A stretch of 64,000 nt of DNA from Pseudomonadota bacterium (lineage in GTDB: Bacteria > Desulfobacterota > Desulfobacteria > Desulfobacterales > JBDRRP01): the NCBI GenBank assembly GCA_043825735.1, contig JBDRRP010000145.1, positions 1-64,000 on the forward strand, in the 5' to 3' direction. Of this stretch, positions 12,325 to 21,850 are shown in pieces. The position numbers and the translations under genes are program-made. A model generated the notes under the pieces. The model searched no databases and was not told the origin of the DNA. It saw only the letters and a program-made list of their open reading frames with translations. Numbering within the stretch: position 1 is the stretch's first letter; each line of letters starts with the position of its first letter.

Positions 12325-12596
12325 AAGCGTCGATAAACTGGCGCCGGGGCGCAAAAGAACAATACCACAGATGACAACTGACGCACTCTATACTTATTGC
12401 TGAGTTACCGATTCTGGTAATGCACGATTATCATGATGGATGACATTCTGATAACAGTTTGCTACGATCCGTTTGACTTTCGCCGGCAACCGGGTGATAG
12501 GAGGCGCGGGCCCCTTATCCCGAAAATACCGGACCGGCCACCCGCATGAACGCCCCCCGCCTGTTTACGGCCGCAAAATGACCAGGAAAAGGATCA

Positions 12597-14300
12597 ATGA
12601 ATAACATCCGCCACCAGGCCCGGCTGGTTGACACCGAAAATACAAGCGGCAAGCCAGATTTTCGCATCGGTGGAACTGTTTTCAGAATCGGCCGCCATCC
12701 GAGCAGTGACCTTATCCTCACTCAAGGCACCGTGTCGGGCCGACACGCCATCATCGAATTGCGGCAGAATCAATATGTTGTCATCGACCAGAAAAGCACC
12801 AACAAAACCCGCCTGAACGGCGAGATACTGGAGCCGGAAAGACCTTACACGCTTAAAAACGGCGATGAAATCCGTCTCGATGTATTCCCTTTTATCTTCG
12901 TTCTGGAAGCGATGCCGCCGCCGCCCCCACCGCCACCTGAAACCGAAGACGACGATGAGACCGTCTTTTTTGACAGCCAGGCCATGCTCAATGCCACAGT
13001 GGAAACTGGACCCGCACCGCCCTCGCCCGATGATGATGAGACGGCCTTTTTTGACAGTCAGGCCATGATAGATGCCGCAGTGGAAGCAGGATCACCGCCG
13101 ACCCCGCCCGATGACGACGAGACGGCCTTTTTTGACAGTCAGGCCATGCTCGATGCCGCAGCGCAATCCGCATCGCCCCCGCCCGAGCCCGATGATGACG
13201 AGACGGTCTTTCTCGATGACAGTGAGCCTGCCTTTAATGTCGAAGCCACGTTTGTAAGGAAGGAACCGGGCTCAAAACCCGGTGAAACCAAAATCGGCAG
13301 TTATGTCGTCCGCAATCTGCTGGGTAAGGGCGGCTTTGGATCGGTCTGGGAAGGCCTGACCCCGGACGGCCATCCGGTGGCGATCAAGGTCCTCAACCCC
13401 GATGTGATTGGCAATGAACGGGCGGTCCGCAAGTTCTTCCACGAAGCCATCATCCTTTCAAAAATGGACCATCCCAACATCTGCCGGTTTATCGATTTCT
13501 TCCCTTACGAAGGCAACTACGCCATCGTTATGGATTTCGTCAAAGGCTCCGAGCTCAAGAACATCCTTGAAGCACAAAAGGGCCCCCTGCCCTTGGACAC
13601 CGCCTGCCGGATCGCAGCCCAAGCCCTGGACGCCTTTCACTATGCCCACATGAAAGACATCCTTCACCGCGACATCAAACCGGAAAACATCAGCGTCGAC
13701 GATGCCGGTACCGTCAAAATCATGGATTTCGGCATCGCCAAACTGTCCACCTCCGAATCTCAGCAAACGTCCCTTTTCATGATTTCACCGCGCTATACCG
13801 CCCCCGAACGCTTTGACGCCCATAATACCGAAGCCGTTGATCACCGCTCGGACATCTATTCACTCGGCCTGGTATTCTATGAAATGTTTGTCGGGGCGCA
13901 CCCGTTTCAAACCGACAGCCCCACCGAGATGATCGTGGCGCATGTCAACACGGTGCCTGCCCCGCCGCATGAGATTGTGAATCTGCCCCGCACAATCAGT
14001 GACGCGATCATGCGTGCGGTTGAAAAGAATCCGCAAGACCGTTTTGAAGATTTCGGGGCCTTTAAAATGGCGCTGCTCAATGACCCGCCCCGACTGTCAG
14101 GCGAGGCTGCCTTGGAACTGTCCGGTAAATATTGCCATATCGGTGCCAGGCTGTTTAAAGGTCTGGCCGGGGCAGTCAAAAAATACCAGAAAACGGCCAC
14201 ATCCTTTAAAATAGTCCAGGAAGGAAAAGAGATTACCCTGATTATCAAAACCACTGGCGGAAATGCGATCCGTATCACCAAGAGCCTGGACAGCCTTTAG
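12597..14300 (+). CDS. FHA domain + acidic repeat linker + Hanks-type Ser/Thr protein kinase
   Basis: FHA GR..SGRH..STN; kinase GKGGFG, VAIK, HRDIKPEN, DFG, APE; no TM segment. Confidence 0.93.
   Translation: MNNIRHQARLVDTENTSGKPDFRIGGTVFRIGRHPSSDLILTQGTVSGRHAIIELRQNQYVVIDQKSTNKTRLNGEILEPERPYTLKNGDEIRLDVFPFIFVLEAMPPPPPPPPETEDDDETVFFDSQAMLNATVETGPAPPSPDDDETAFFDSQAMIDAAVEAGSPPTPPDDDETAFFDSQAMLDAAAQSASPPPEPDDDETVFLDDSEPAFNVEATFVRKEPGSKPGETKIGSYVVRNLLGKGGFGSVWEGLTPDGHPVAIKVLNPDVIGNERAVRKFFHEAIILSKMDHPNICRFIDFFPYEGNYAIVMDFVKGSELKNILEAQKGPLPLDTACRIAAQALDAFHYAHMKDILHRDIKPENISVDDAGTVKIMDFGIAKLSTSESQQTSLFMISPRYTAPERFDAHNTEAVDHRSDIYSLGLVFYEMFVGAHPFQTDSPTEMIVAHVNTVPAPPHEIVNLPRTISDAIMRAVEKNPQDRFEDFGAFKMALLNDPPRLSGEAALELSGKYCHIGARLFKGLAGAVKKYQKTATSFKIVQEGKEITLIIKTTGGNAIRITKSLDSL
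12948..13220 (+). repeat. Four in-frame 81-nt (27-aa) tandem repeats
   Basis: Units start at 12948, 13029, 13110 and 13191; peptide DDDET(V/A)FFDSQAM...PxxP; fourth unit partial. Confidence 0.95.
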
Positions 14301-14517
14301 TCGCAGCAGGATTCCCCCGAGGGATTCACCGAGTGCTAAGCTGCTGAGTAACTCATGCCGAAGGGGTGTTATCGGCCCTGATCCGGGATGGCGGCGAGGT
14401 GGCACTGATGGCAATAGCGAGAGAGGGTGTCGGCGAGGTCGCCGCCCATGATGTGGGACCGGGGTCTGCCGCGGGGCATTTCATACGTCAGCCGAATCGA
14501 GGCCACAGGTTAACCGG

Positions 14518-14712
14518 CTAGTCGACAGCGGCATCCAGTGCTTCGGTTACTGCGGATCCTGAAATCAGTGTGCGGTCAGCTGCGCCATCGGCAGGCGTGT
14601 CTTCGATATCGCCTGCTTTTTTCGCCTGTTTGCGCTGACGTTTTTCGTCTTGTTTCTTTTTACGTTCAATTTCCTGCTGACGTTTTTTAAAGGAAAAATT
14701 GGTCCTTGCCAA
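14518..14712 (-). CDS. Small basic hypothetical protein downstream of csp
   Basis: MARTNFSFKKRQQEIERKKKQDEKRQRK; AAGGAGG RBS before TTG. Confidence 0.7.
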   Translation of the reverse strand: MARTNFSFKKRQQEIERKKKQDEKRQRKQAKKAGDIEDTPADGAADRTLISGSAVTEALDAAVD

Positions 14713-14751
14713 TGGGCGGCCTCCTTGGTCAATGCATTATGGGTGATCGAT

Positions 14752-14796
14752 AAAAAGAAAAAGGCATTTCTTCACCAAGTGAAGAAATGCCTTTTT
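14752..14796 (-). terminator. Intrinsic terminator after csp
   Basis: AAAAAGGCATTTCTTCAC/GTGAAGAAATGCCTTTTT perfect stem with T-run. Confidence 0.85.
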
Positions 14797-14811
14797 AAGT
14801 CGGATGGAAGA

Positions 14812-15012
14812 CTATACTACCGTTACATTGGATGCCGACGGACCTTTCGGGCCCTGCTCGACTTCAAAGGAAACACGGTCGCCTTCGCTGAGGGATTTAA
14901 AACCGGCGGCATTGATCGCGGAATGATGAACGAATACATCCGGTCCGTCTTCCTGCTCAATGAATCCAAATCCTTTTTGATCGTTGAACCACTTTACTGT
15001 GCCATTAGCCAT
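14812..15012 (-). CDS. cspA: Cold-shock protein
   Basis: GTVKWFN..KGFGFI (RNP1), DVFVHHSAI (RNP2); 66 aa; GGAGG RBS. Confidence 0.97.
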   Translation of the reverse strand: MANGTVKWFNDQKGFGFIEQEDGPDVFVHHSAINAAGFKSLSEGDRVSFEVEQGPKGPSASNVTVV

Positions 15013-15299
15013 GATAACATCCTCCATTAAATAGGTTTTTTCAACGTCGCCTGCTGGAGGATGCCATCTTGAAAAATGGATATTTCCTTCAGAATGCTGA
15101 TGGTTCGCCGACAAATGGCGAACACTGTTGATACGCAGACAATAGGCGCTATCAGGGAATAAAGCAAGCGACTTGCCGAATTAATACGGCAAAAAGATCT
15201 TTTCTTCTGTTAATACGGTCAGTTGCCATAATCCGAAAAGCGCCTTCCAGCGGGCATTCGACCACCCCGGCCCATAAACCGCCGCCAAATCCCGCAAGC

Positions 15300-15460
15300 C
15301 TACGGCTGTTCGGTCGAGTCCTCCGCCACGGGATCGGGCTCCGACGGCGCGTAGAGCAGGAGGGCCTGGCCAGGGTGGATCGGCCGGCTGAGATCAAGGC
15401 GATTCCAGAGAAGGATGGTGTTGAGCGACACCCCGTGGCGCTCGGCGATCAACCATCGAT
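15300..15460 (-). pseudogene. C-terminal LysM domain remnant
   Basis: WLIAERHGVSLNTILLWNRL...IHPGQALLL; no credible start or upstream domains. Confidence 0.55.
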
Positions 15461-15652
15461 TCGAAAGGATACCCGCAGCCATATCAGCCCCTCTCCTGCA
15501 GGGCAGCCCAATCGGTTTTACCGCTACGACGGTACCGTGGCATCGATACCTTCGAGATTTTACACACAAGCAAAAACAACACACGACGATAATACCACGC
15601 TAACACAACCATGATTGATTTTTTGACGGAAAGCCACCTGGAAGGCGCAATC

Positions 15653-15841
15653 ATGATCACAATGGATATTATTTACCCGGCTGCCGGGCTGGTCACCCTG
15701 TTGGGATCGGTGCTGGGGTTGAAACTCTTGGACCGAATGTCCGGCAGCCTCCCGAAAAGGATCGTCGCCGCCCTCGCCCGCCCTGCCCTGCTGCAGGCGT
15801 CGGAACTGTCGGCGTCCGGGCGCGCCGGCGCAAAAGGTTAA
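15653..15841 (+). CDS. Possible small membrane protein
   Basis: One hydrophobic segment; GAAGG upstream; weak support. Confidence 0.3.
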   Translation: MITMDIIYPAAGLVTLLGSVLGLKLLDRMSGSLPKRIVAALARPALLQASELSASGRAGAKG

Positions 15842-17286
15842 ACCTCGAAGGCGCGTTTTTTCATCTGGTCGGCATCATAGTACTCGATCACGCTGCGGTA
15901 CGTGCGGAGATCGACCCGGGCCGTCACCTGGTGGGGGTTGTCGTACCAGCTGAGAGCGAGCTGATCGTCCGGTGCGTCTTCGATGACAAACGTGCCGCCG
16001 AAGCCCGGGTAGGTATTGCGAAATTCCATGAGCCGCAGCAACCGCTGCACCACCGGCCTTTCAATGTCCCGCTGGATTTCATCGAGAGCGTAATTGTGCC
16101 GGTTGACGTCGCGTCCGTTCTTTGTCAGCTCGACCAGCGCGAGGTCATTTTCCCCGGCCAGCAGCCCCACATAGTACACCTGAGGGATCCCCGGGGCGAA
16201 GAACTGGATGGTGCGCGCGGCCATGTAAGAGTCTTCGTTGCGCTCGAGTGCGGAGAAGTAGGTGCAGTTGACCTGGTAGATATCCAGATTCTGATACTCC
16301 GGCCCGGAGTAGATGTTGCGCGTGTTGGCGCCCTTTTCGTCAAGGCCGTTCAGGGTCCGCTCGATCTCTTCGGGAGAGAGCAGATCGGCCACGTCCACCA
16401 CGCCGATACCGTCATGGGTGTCGAGCGTCGTCAACTGGCGGCGGGGGCAGATGGAAAGCCAGTGCTTCAAACGCGCGCTGGTGTGGTGATAGAGGGTGTG
16501 CAGCACGAGCATGGGCAGCGCAAAATCATAGGTCCAGTACCCCTTGGCGGCGATCTTCAAGTGATAGCGATGGTGCTCGTGCACTTCAGGCAGCATCACC
16601 GTATCAAAGGGTGTCAGGTATTCGTTGAGCCACTCCAGCAGTTGCCACACTTCCGGTTCGAGGAAAAAACACGAGGTCCCCACCCGGATGGTCGTATAGG
16701 CGAAGGCATCCATGCGGATCATCCGTGCATTGGTGCGCGCCAGGTGGATGAGAAAGCTGCGCAGCACCTCCTTGGTCTTGTCGGCGGTAAGATCCAGGTC
16801 GATCTGCTCGTAGTCGAAAGTGCACCAAATTTTCTCCCGGGACCCGTCGGCCCGCTGAATCACGGTATACGGGTGGCGCGGCTTTCGGGTGTAGACCTTG
16901 GCCAGATCGGCTTGGCTGATCTCTCCGTTGGGGCTGAGCTTGTTGAAGCTGAGAAACATGTCGGCGTACTTGGAGTCCGGCCCGTTGAGAAAGTAGTCCT
17001 GAAAATAGATGGACTGCCGGCTGATGTGGTTGACCATAAAATCGATGATCAGATCGAATTCGGCCCCGATGCGCTCCACGTCGGCCCAGGTGCCGAAGAC
17101 CGGGTCCACCGCCATATAGGTCAGGGGGGCGAATCCGCGGTCGGCCGAAGACGGGTAAAAGGGCAGGAGGTGCACGCCGCCCACCGCCTTTCGAAGGTAG
17201 CGCCTGAGCACGTAGTGGAGCTCCAAAAGGTTGATCCCCAGAGAATCCGGGTAGGTAATGAGCTGGACCTTATTTTGAATGCTCAT
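15838..17286 (-). CDS. gtfA: Sucrose phosphorylase (GH13_18)
   Basis: VQLITYPDSLG, HLLPFYPSSADRGF, RMDAF nucleophile, PEVH, THDGIG, loop NLDIYQVN. Confidence 0.88.
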   Translation of the reverse strand: MSIQNKVQLITYPDSLGINLLELHYVLRRYLRKAVGGVHLLPFYPSSADRGFAPLTYMAVDPVFGTWADVERIGAEFDLIIDFMVNHISRQSIYFQDYFLNGPDSKYADMFLSFNKLSPNGEISQADLAKVYTRKPRHPYTVIQRADGSREKIWCTFDYEQIDLDLTADKTKEVLRSFLIHLARTNARMIRMDAFAYTTIRVGTSCFFLEPEVWQLLEWLNEYLTPFDTVMLPEVHEHHRYHLKIAAKGYWTYDFALPMLVLHTLYHHTSARLKHWLSICPRRQLTTLDTHDGIGVVDVADLLSPEEIERTLNGLDEKGANTRNIYSGPEYQNLDIYQVNCTYFSALERNEDSYMAARTIQFFAPGIPQVYYVGLLAGENDLALVELTKNGRDVNRHNYALDEIQRDIERPVVQRLLRLMEFRNTYPGFGGTFVIEDAPDDQLALSWYDNPHQVTARVDLRTYRSVIEYYDADQMKKRAFEV

Positions 17287-19480
17287 GGCATTCCCTCTCG
17301 ACCTTGCTGATGAAGCGGTAGTGTTTGAGCCCCTCCAGGATGCCGCCGGCACAGGGCGCGGTGGCAAAAAAAACGTTGCGCACCCCCTTGAGCCCTTCGA
17401 GATCGGCGCTGTGATTGCCCACGACCACCCCCAACGGCTCGCCGTGCAGCATTTCCGCATCGTTTCCCGAATCGCCGCTCACGAGAAACTGCCGCAGCGG
17501 GATGACCCACTTGTAGCTCAGATACCGTACGGCCTTTCCCTTGGAGGCCCGGTAAGGGAGGATATCCAGGTATTTGTCGTGAGAATAAATCAGGCTGTAG
17601 CGGCACTTGTGGGTCCGTAGCCGGTCGTGGATCGCGGCCAGCCGGTCTTTGCCCGGAGCCATATAGTAGCTGACCTTGAAGGGCCGCTGGGTGTCGGCCT
17701 CCTGGTATTTCAGCCATGAAAAGCCCTTGAGCAGATCGACAATCCTTTCGCGGTCCCACTGGTGCTGGATGTGCGTGGCCCACCCCTGCCCGAAATGGTT
17801 GGCCGGTCCGTAGTAGATTTCAGCCCCCACGGAGCTGATGATCAAATCCGGTGCGGGAACCGAAAAGCGCTTCAGGACATCGCGGGCCGAGTCGATGGTG
17901 CGACCGGTGGCCACGCCGAACCCAAGGCACTCGCGGTTTTCCGCGATGAACGCCACCAGTTCGCCCAGCCGCGAGTTGTCCTCTCCGATGAGGGTATTGT
18001 CGATGTCGGTGATCAGAAATGACCTCAGTGACAGCAGGCGCCGCCCGATGGCGTCGGTGGCCACGGTGGTGTCCATGCCGGCGTCCACGGTTTTGGCCGT
18101 CAATTCACCGATGCGGTCGACATAGGTGGCGGCATGGGTCTCCCAGGTATAATGCCGGCGCACGTTGAGCACGCCGTTTTTTGAATAGACTTCCCACAAC
18201 CGGGCATCGGCGATGATCTTCTTGACGGCAGCGGCGATATTCCCAGTCCGGGTCGGGTCCACCAGGATGCCGTTTTCGCAGTTGCGAACGATGTCCTCGG
18301 GCCCACCGTCACGCGTGGCCACGATGGGAAGCCCCGAGGCGGAAGCCTCGAGCAACGTCAGGCCAAAGGGTTCCACCAGGGCGGGATTGACAAAAACACC
18401 GCGCGTGTCGGCGGCGATCCGGTACAGGGCCGGCACTTCGAGTTCGAAGTCGTGTTTCTTGGGGATGGCCATCTTGCCGTAGAGATCGTACTTGTCCATC
18501 ATCAGCAGCATCCCGGTGAGCACTTCCCGTTCGTTTTCCTCCATCGTGTCGATGTCTTTGCGGATGCCCGCGAACACGGCCAGGTTGGCCATTGCCTGAA
18601 GCTCCAGATCCTCGCCGTAGGCCTGGATCAGGCCGGAGATATTCTTGCGTTTGTCCGGGCGGCTCAGGGCCAGGATCAGCGGTTTTTCGGGACGCATGAA
18701 AAACCGGTTCATCTCCTTGAGCATGGAGGCCTGGGCGTACATCACATCCTCGGCGACATCACTGTTGGACAGCATGTCGTGATAAAACGGATAAAACGTG
18801 TGGATGTCGATCCCGGGCGGGATTACGGCATACTCCGGCACCCCCTTGTTTTCGTAAAGGCCGTACTGGGAGGTCATCTCCTGGCGGGTGCTGGTGACCA
18901 CCAGGTCGGCATTGGCCAGAATGTCTTCCTCCACGGCAATGCGCTGGTCGATCTTGTACTTTTTGACGATGTCCGCCTCCCGCATGCCGTCGGCAAGAAG
19001 CTTCTGCAGTTTGGAGCGGCCCAGGGAATGACCCGTGTAAACAAAGGGCAGGCCGAAAATGCGCGCCAGGTGCATGGCCACGTAACCGGCATCCGGATAG
19101 TGCCCGTGGACAATGTCGGGCAGCCCCCCGTTTCGCTTGGTAAACTTGATAGTCTTGTCCACGAATTCGTCAAGATGGGGCCACAGCAGTTCTTTTCGCA
19201 GGTATTTCCGGCCGCCGCATTGAATGCGCACGATGCGGAATTTTTCGTTGACGGTCTCCACGGGCACCTGGTAGTCGTCAGAAACGCGATTGTCGTCGAT
19301 CAGTCGGGTGAACAGATCAACGCCACCGATATCGGGACGTCGACTCAGTTCCCGGCCCAGTTCCAGCACGTACTTGACCTGGCCACCGGTATCGGCGTCG
19401 CGGCCGAGCTCGATATTTTCTCCGCGAATCAGTCCGTGGAGACTGAACATCTGGACATAATACGTTGCGGCGTCCTTCAT
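17270..19480 (-). CDS. sps: Bifunctional sucrose-phosphate synthase/phosphatase (GT4 + HAD-IIB)
   Basis: HGLIRG..ELGRDADTGGQVKYV, HSLG, SRPDKRKN, EPFGLT; HAD TDIDNT and GDSGND. Confidence 0.93.
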   Translation of the reverse strand: MKDAATYYVQMFSLHGLIRGENIELGRDADTGGQVKYVLELGRELSRRPDIGGVDLFTRLIDDNRVSDDYQVPVETVNEKFRIVRIQCGGRKYLRKELLWPHLDEFVDKTIKFTKRNGGLPDIVHGHYPDAGYVAMHLARIFGLPFVYTGHSLGRSKLQKLLADGMREADIVKKYKIDQRIAVEEDILANADLVVTSTRQEMTSQYGLYENKGVPEYAVIPPGIDIHTFYPFYHDMLSNSDVAEDVMYAQASMLKEMNRFFMRPEKPLILALSRPDKRKNISGLIQAYGEDLELQAMANLAVFAGIRKDIDTMEENEREVLTGMLLMMDKYDLYGKMAIPKKHDFELEVPALYRIAADTRGVFVNPALVEPFGLTLLEASASGLPIVATRDGGPEDIVRNCENGILVDPTRTGNIAAAVKKIIADARLWEVYSKNGVLNVRRHYTWETHAATYVDRIGELTAKTVDAGMDTTVATDAIGRRLLSLRSFLITDIDNTLIGEDNSRLGELVAFIAENRECLGFGVATGRTIDSARDVLKRFSVPAPDLIISSVGAEIYYGPANHFGQGWATHIQHQWDRERIVDLLKGFSWLKYQEADTQRPFKVSYYMAPGKDRLAAIHDRLRTHKCRYSLIYSHDKYLDILPYRASKGKAVRYLSYKWVIPLRQFLVSGDSGNDAEMLHGEPLGVVVGNHSADLEGLKGVRNVFFATAPCAGGILEGLKHYRFISKVERECHEHSK

Positions 19481-19651
19481 TACGGTTCCTTTGGAAGTAA
19501 TGGGTGCGTCAGCAGACTGTTCATCGTCATGCCGGAAGTGATGCGGGCTATCGGGAGCGAATACCCCGGAAATCCGAAACATCGTGTTGAGCTTCCGATC
19601 GAAACCGCCGGTCTTCACCGCGATGACGGCCAGTTTGAAGCACCCGCGCTT

Positions 19652-20136
19652 TTATGTTGCGATCAGGCCGGGTTTCCATGGGTCATAAAACCGCGGGTCT
19701 TCCGGTACCGCACCGGGTATTTGGCAGATGCCGGCGGCAAATTGGCCGGCCACCGCGGCCGTGTGCGCCATCGCCAGCCTCCGCATCACGCCAAGGGCCA
19801 GCATGGCGCTGTACCCGTCCCCGGCGCCCACCGTATCGACCACGGAAACCGTCGGTGGCGCCGGCGCCTCGATGCGCCCGTCGGTGTGAAAAATGCTGCT
19901 GCCGGCGGCTCCCCGGGTGACGGCGAGGATCGAAATGCCGTAATGGTTCATCAGGTAGCCGGCAAATGCATCCGGCGGCCCGGGTCTGTCCAAAAGCTGC
20001 CGAATCGTCTCGAGCTCATCTTCGTTGAGTTTGAATATGTCGGCAAATGGCAGGCGACATTGAAGGGGGCCCCGCCTGAACGGTCTCTGTCGGGGAACCG
20101 ATCTACCAATACTTCTCCGATAACAAGCACAGTCAT
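19652..20136 (-). pseudogene. PfkB-family fructokinase pseudogene (internal deletion + frameshift)
   Basis: MTVLVIGEVLVD..GGAPFNVA jumps near 20045 into another frame ADIFKLNEDEL..VTRG..VDTVGAGD. Confidence 0.85.
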
Positions 20137-20451
20137 TGATGGCCCTTTTGGGCGACCGTGGCAGGCCGCGACTTTCTTATGGCTACCAATCCTTCTCCCA
20201 AATTGCAAGCCGCGCCGTCCCCGGCAGTCTCCCGCCGCATCGGCGGGGTTGGCGGAAACGCCCGGTGCACGCTGATCCGACGGACTGCAGAGAACCGGCT
20301 TGACGTTGCATCCGGGGAAATCATTGGCCTGCTGACCGGCGGCGGAGCGTGTTTTGCTTTGACACGCCCATTGCGCTGACTTAAACTGTGGACGAGAAAA
20401 ATTCATCGTTGACCATCCAATCCAGGCCGCAGCGATGAGCCGGAGAGCGCC

Positions 20452-20829
20452 ATGGAAGTGACATCACGACAAGTTTCAGGCATTACCCTGATCCGAATCG
20501 CAGGCCGGATCGATCACGACCATGCGACGGCGCTGGAAACGGCACTCGCACCCTTCCTGGAAGGGCCTGAAGCTGACGGGCGCCGCCCGCTGCTGCTGGA
20601 CATGGCAGAAGTCGGTTTTCTCACCAGCGCCGGGCTCAGGGTGTTGATGATCGCGGCCAAGGCCTGCAAACATCAGATGCGTCCCATGGCCATAGCGAAC
20701 CTGCAGCCCATGATCGCCGAGATCGTTCGCATCAGCCGGTTCGATCTGATCATCCCGGTGTACCCGTCGACGCGGGCCGCCCTTAAAGCCGTGTCGCCGG
20801 AAGCGACCGGTGCGGGATCCGGGGACTGA
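20452..20829 (+). CDS. STAS domain anti-sigma-factor antagonist
   Basis: GRID..LDMAEVGFLTSAGLRVL. Confidence 0.88.
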   Translation: MEVTSRQVSGITLIRIAGRIDHDHATALETALAPFLEGPEADGRRPLLLDMAEVGFLTSAGLRVLMIAAKACKHQMRPMAIANLQPMIAEIVRISRFDLIIPVYPSTRAALKAVSPEATGAGSGD

Positions 20830-20875
20830 CCCGCGGGCACCGATACCGTTTCAGAACGCATATCGTCAGGAATAA

Positions 20876-21838
20876 ATGATGCTGATCCGATTCTGGGGGA
20901 CCCGGGGCTCGCTGCCGGTGGCTGCCGCCGGCCCGATCATCCGGGAAAAAATCAAACAATCGCTGCTGCTGGCCAGCGGGCGTCGTTTCGATGACGCGAA
21001 GGCCGTGGACCGGTTCATCGACGAGGCCATCGATTTTCCCACCCGCCATGGATACGGTGGCGATTCCTCCTGCGTTGAGATCACCACCGGCGGCGGCGCC
21101 ATCCTCTGCGACATGGGCTCGGGCCTTCGCCGCTATGGCCAGCAGGTCCTCGCCGATCATGGCATCGCCCCGCGGGAATACCATTTTTTCATGTCCCACC
21201 TGCACTGGGACCACATCATGGGCCTGCCGTTTTTCCCGCCGGCGTATATCCCCGGAAACCGGATCCACATCTATGGCGGCCATTCGATGGCCGATATGGA
21301 AACCGCCTTCCTCAAGCAGCAGTCTGCGCCCAGTTTCCCGGTCCACTGGCAGGAAATGGGCGCCAACATCGGTTTTATCCACCTGGCGGCGGATCAGTGG
21401 CACGAGATCGCCGGGCTGCGCGTCCTGCCCAAACGGCAGACTCACCACGGCGGATCTTTCGGTTATCGTTTCGAAACCGGCGGTAAAGCCATTGTCTATG
21501 CTACCGACGCCGAGCACAAGCAGGAAGACGGGATGGAAACCCAGAGCGTGGTCGCCTTTTTTGACCGGGCCGATCTGGTGATCTTCGACGCCATGTATTC
21601 CCTGGCAGACATGATCACCGTCAAAGCGGACTGGGGCCACTCGAGCAACATGGTCGGTGTTGACCTGTGTCTGCGCGCCGGTGTCAAACACTTGTGTATG
21701 TTTCACCACGAACCGGCCTACACCGATGCCATGCTCCACCAGGTCCTGCTGGAAACGCGGCGCTATGCGGAGTTAGTGTGCGAAGGCAGACCCCTTGAGG
21801 TTTCCACCGCCTTTGACGACATGATCATCGATGTCTAA
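20876..21838 (+). CDS. MBL-fold metallo-hydrolase (phosphodiesterase-like)
   Basis: FWGTRGS, GGDSSC, SHLHWDH, TDAEH, WGHS, FHHEP. Confidence 0.88.
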   Translation: MMLIRFWGTRGSLPVAAAGPIIREKIKQSLLLASGRRFDDAKAVDRFIDEAIDFPTRHGYGGDSSCVEITTGGGAILCDMGSGLRRYGQQVLADHGIAPREYHFFMSHLHWDHIMGLPFFPPAYIPGNRIHIYGGHSMADMETAFLKQQSAPSFPVHWQEMGANIGFIHLAADQWHEIAGLRVLPKRQTHHGGSFGYRFETGGKAIVYATDAEHKQEDGMETQSVVAFFDRADLVIFDAMYSLADMITVKADWGHSSNMVGVDLCLRAGVKHLCMFHHEPAYTDAMLHQVLLETRRYAELVCEGRPLEVSTAFDDMIIDV

Positions 21839-21850
21839 GGAGGGATCATC

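Noticed and set aside
12948..13220. 81-nt repeats as CRISPR or a DGR template/variable pair
   Set aside because: In-frame coding repeats; no reverse transcriptase or cas gene in the window
14301..14517. Possible structured RNA after the kinase
   Set aside because: No recognisable motif or repeat support
15931..20275. 459-aa and 607-aa plus-strand ORFs
   Set aside because: Antisense shadows of sucrose phosphorylase and SPS/pfkB
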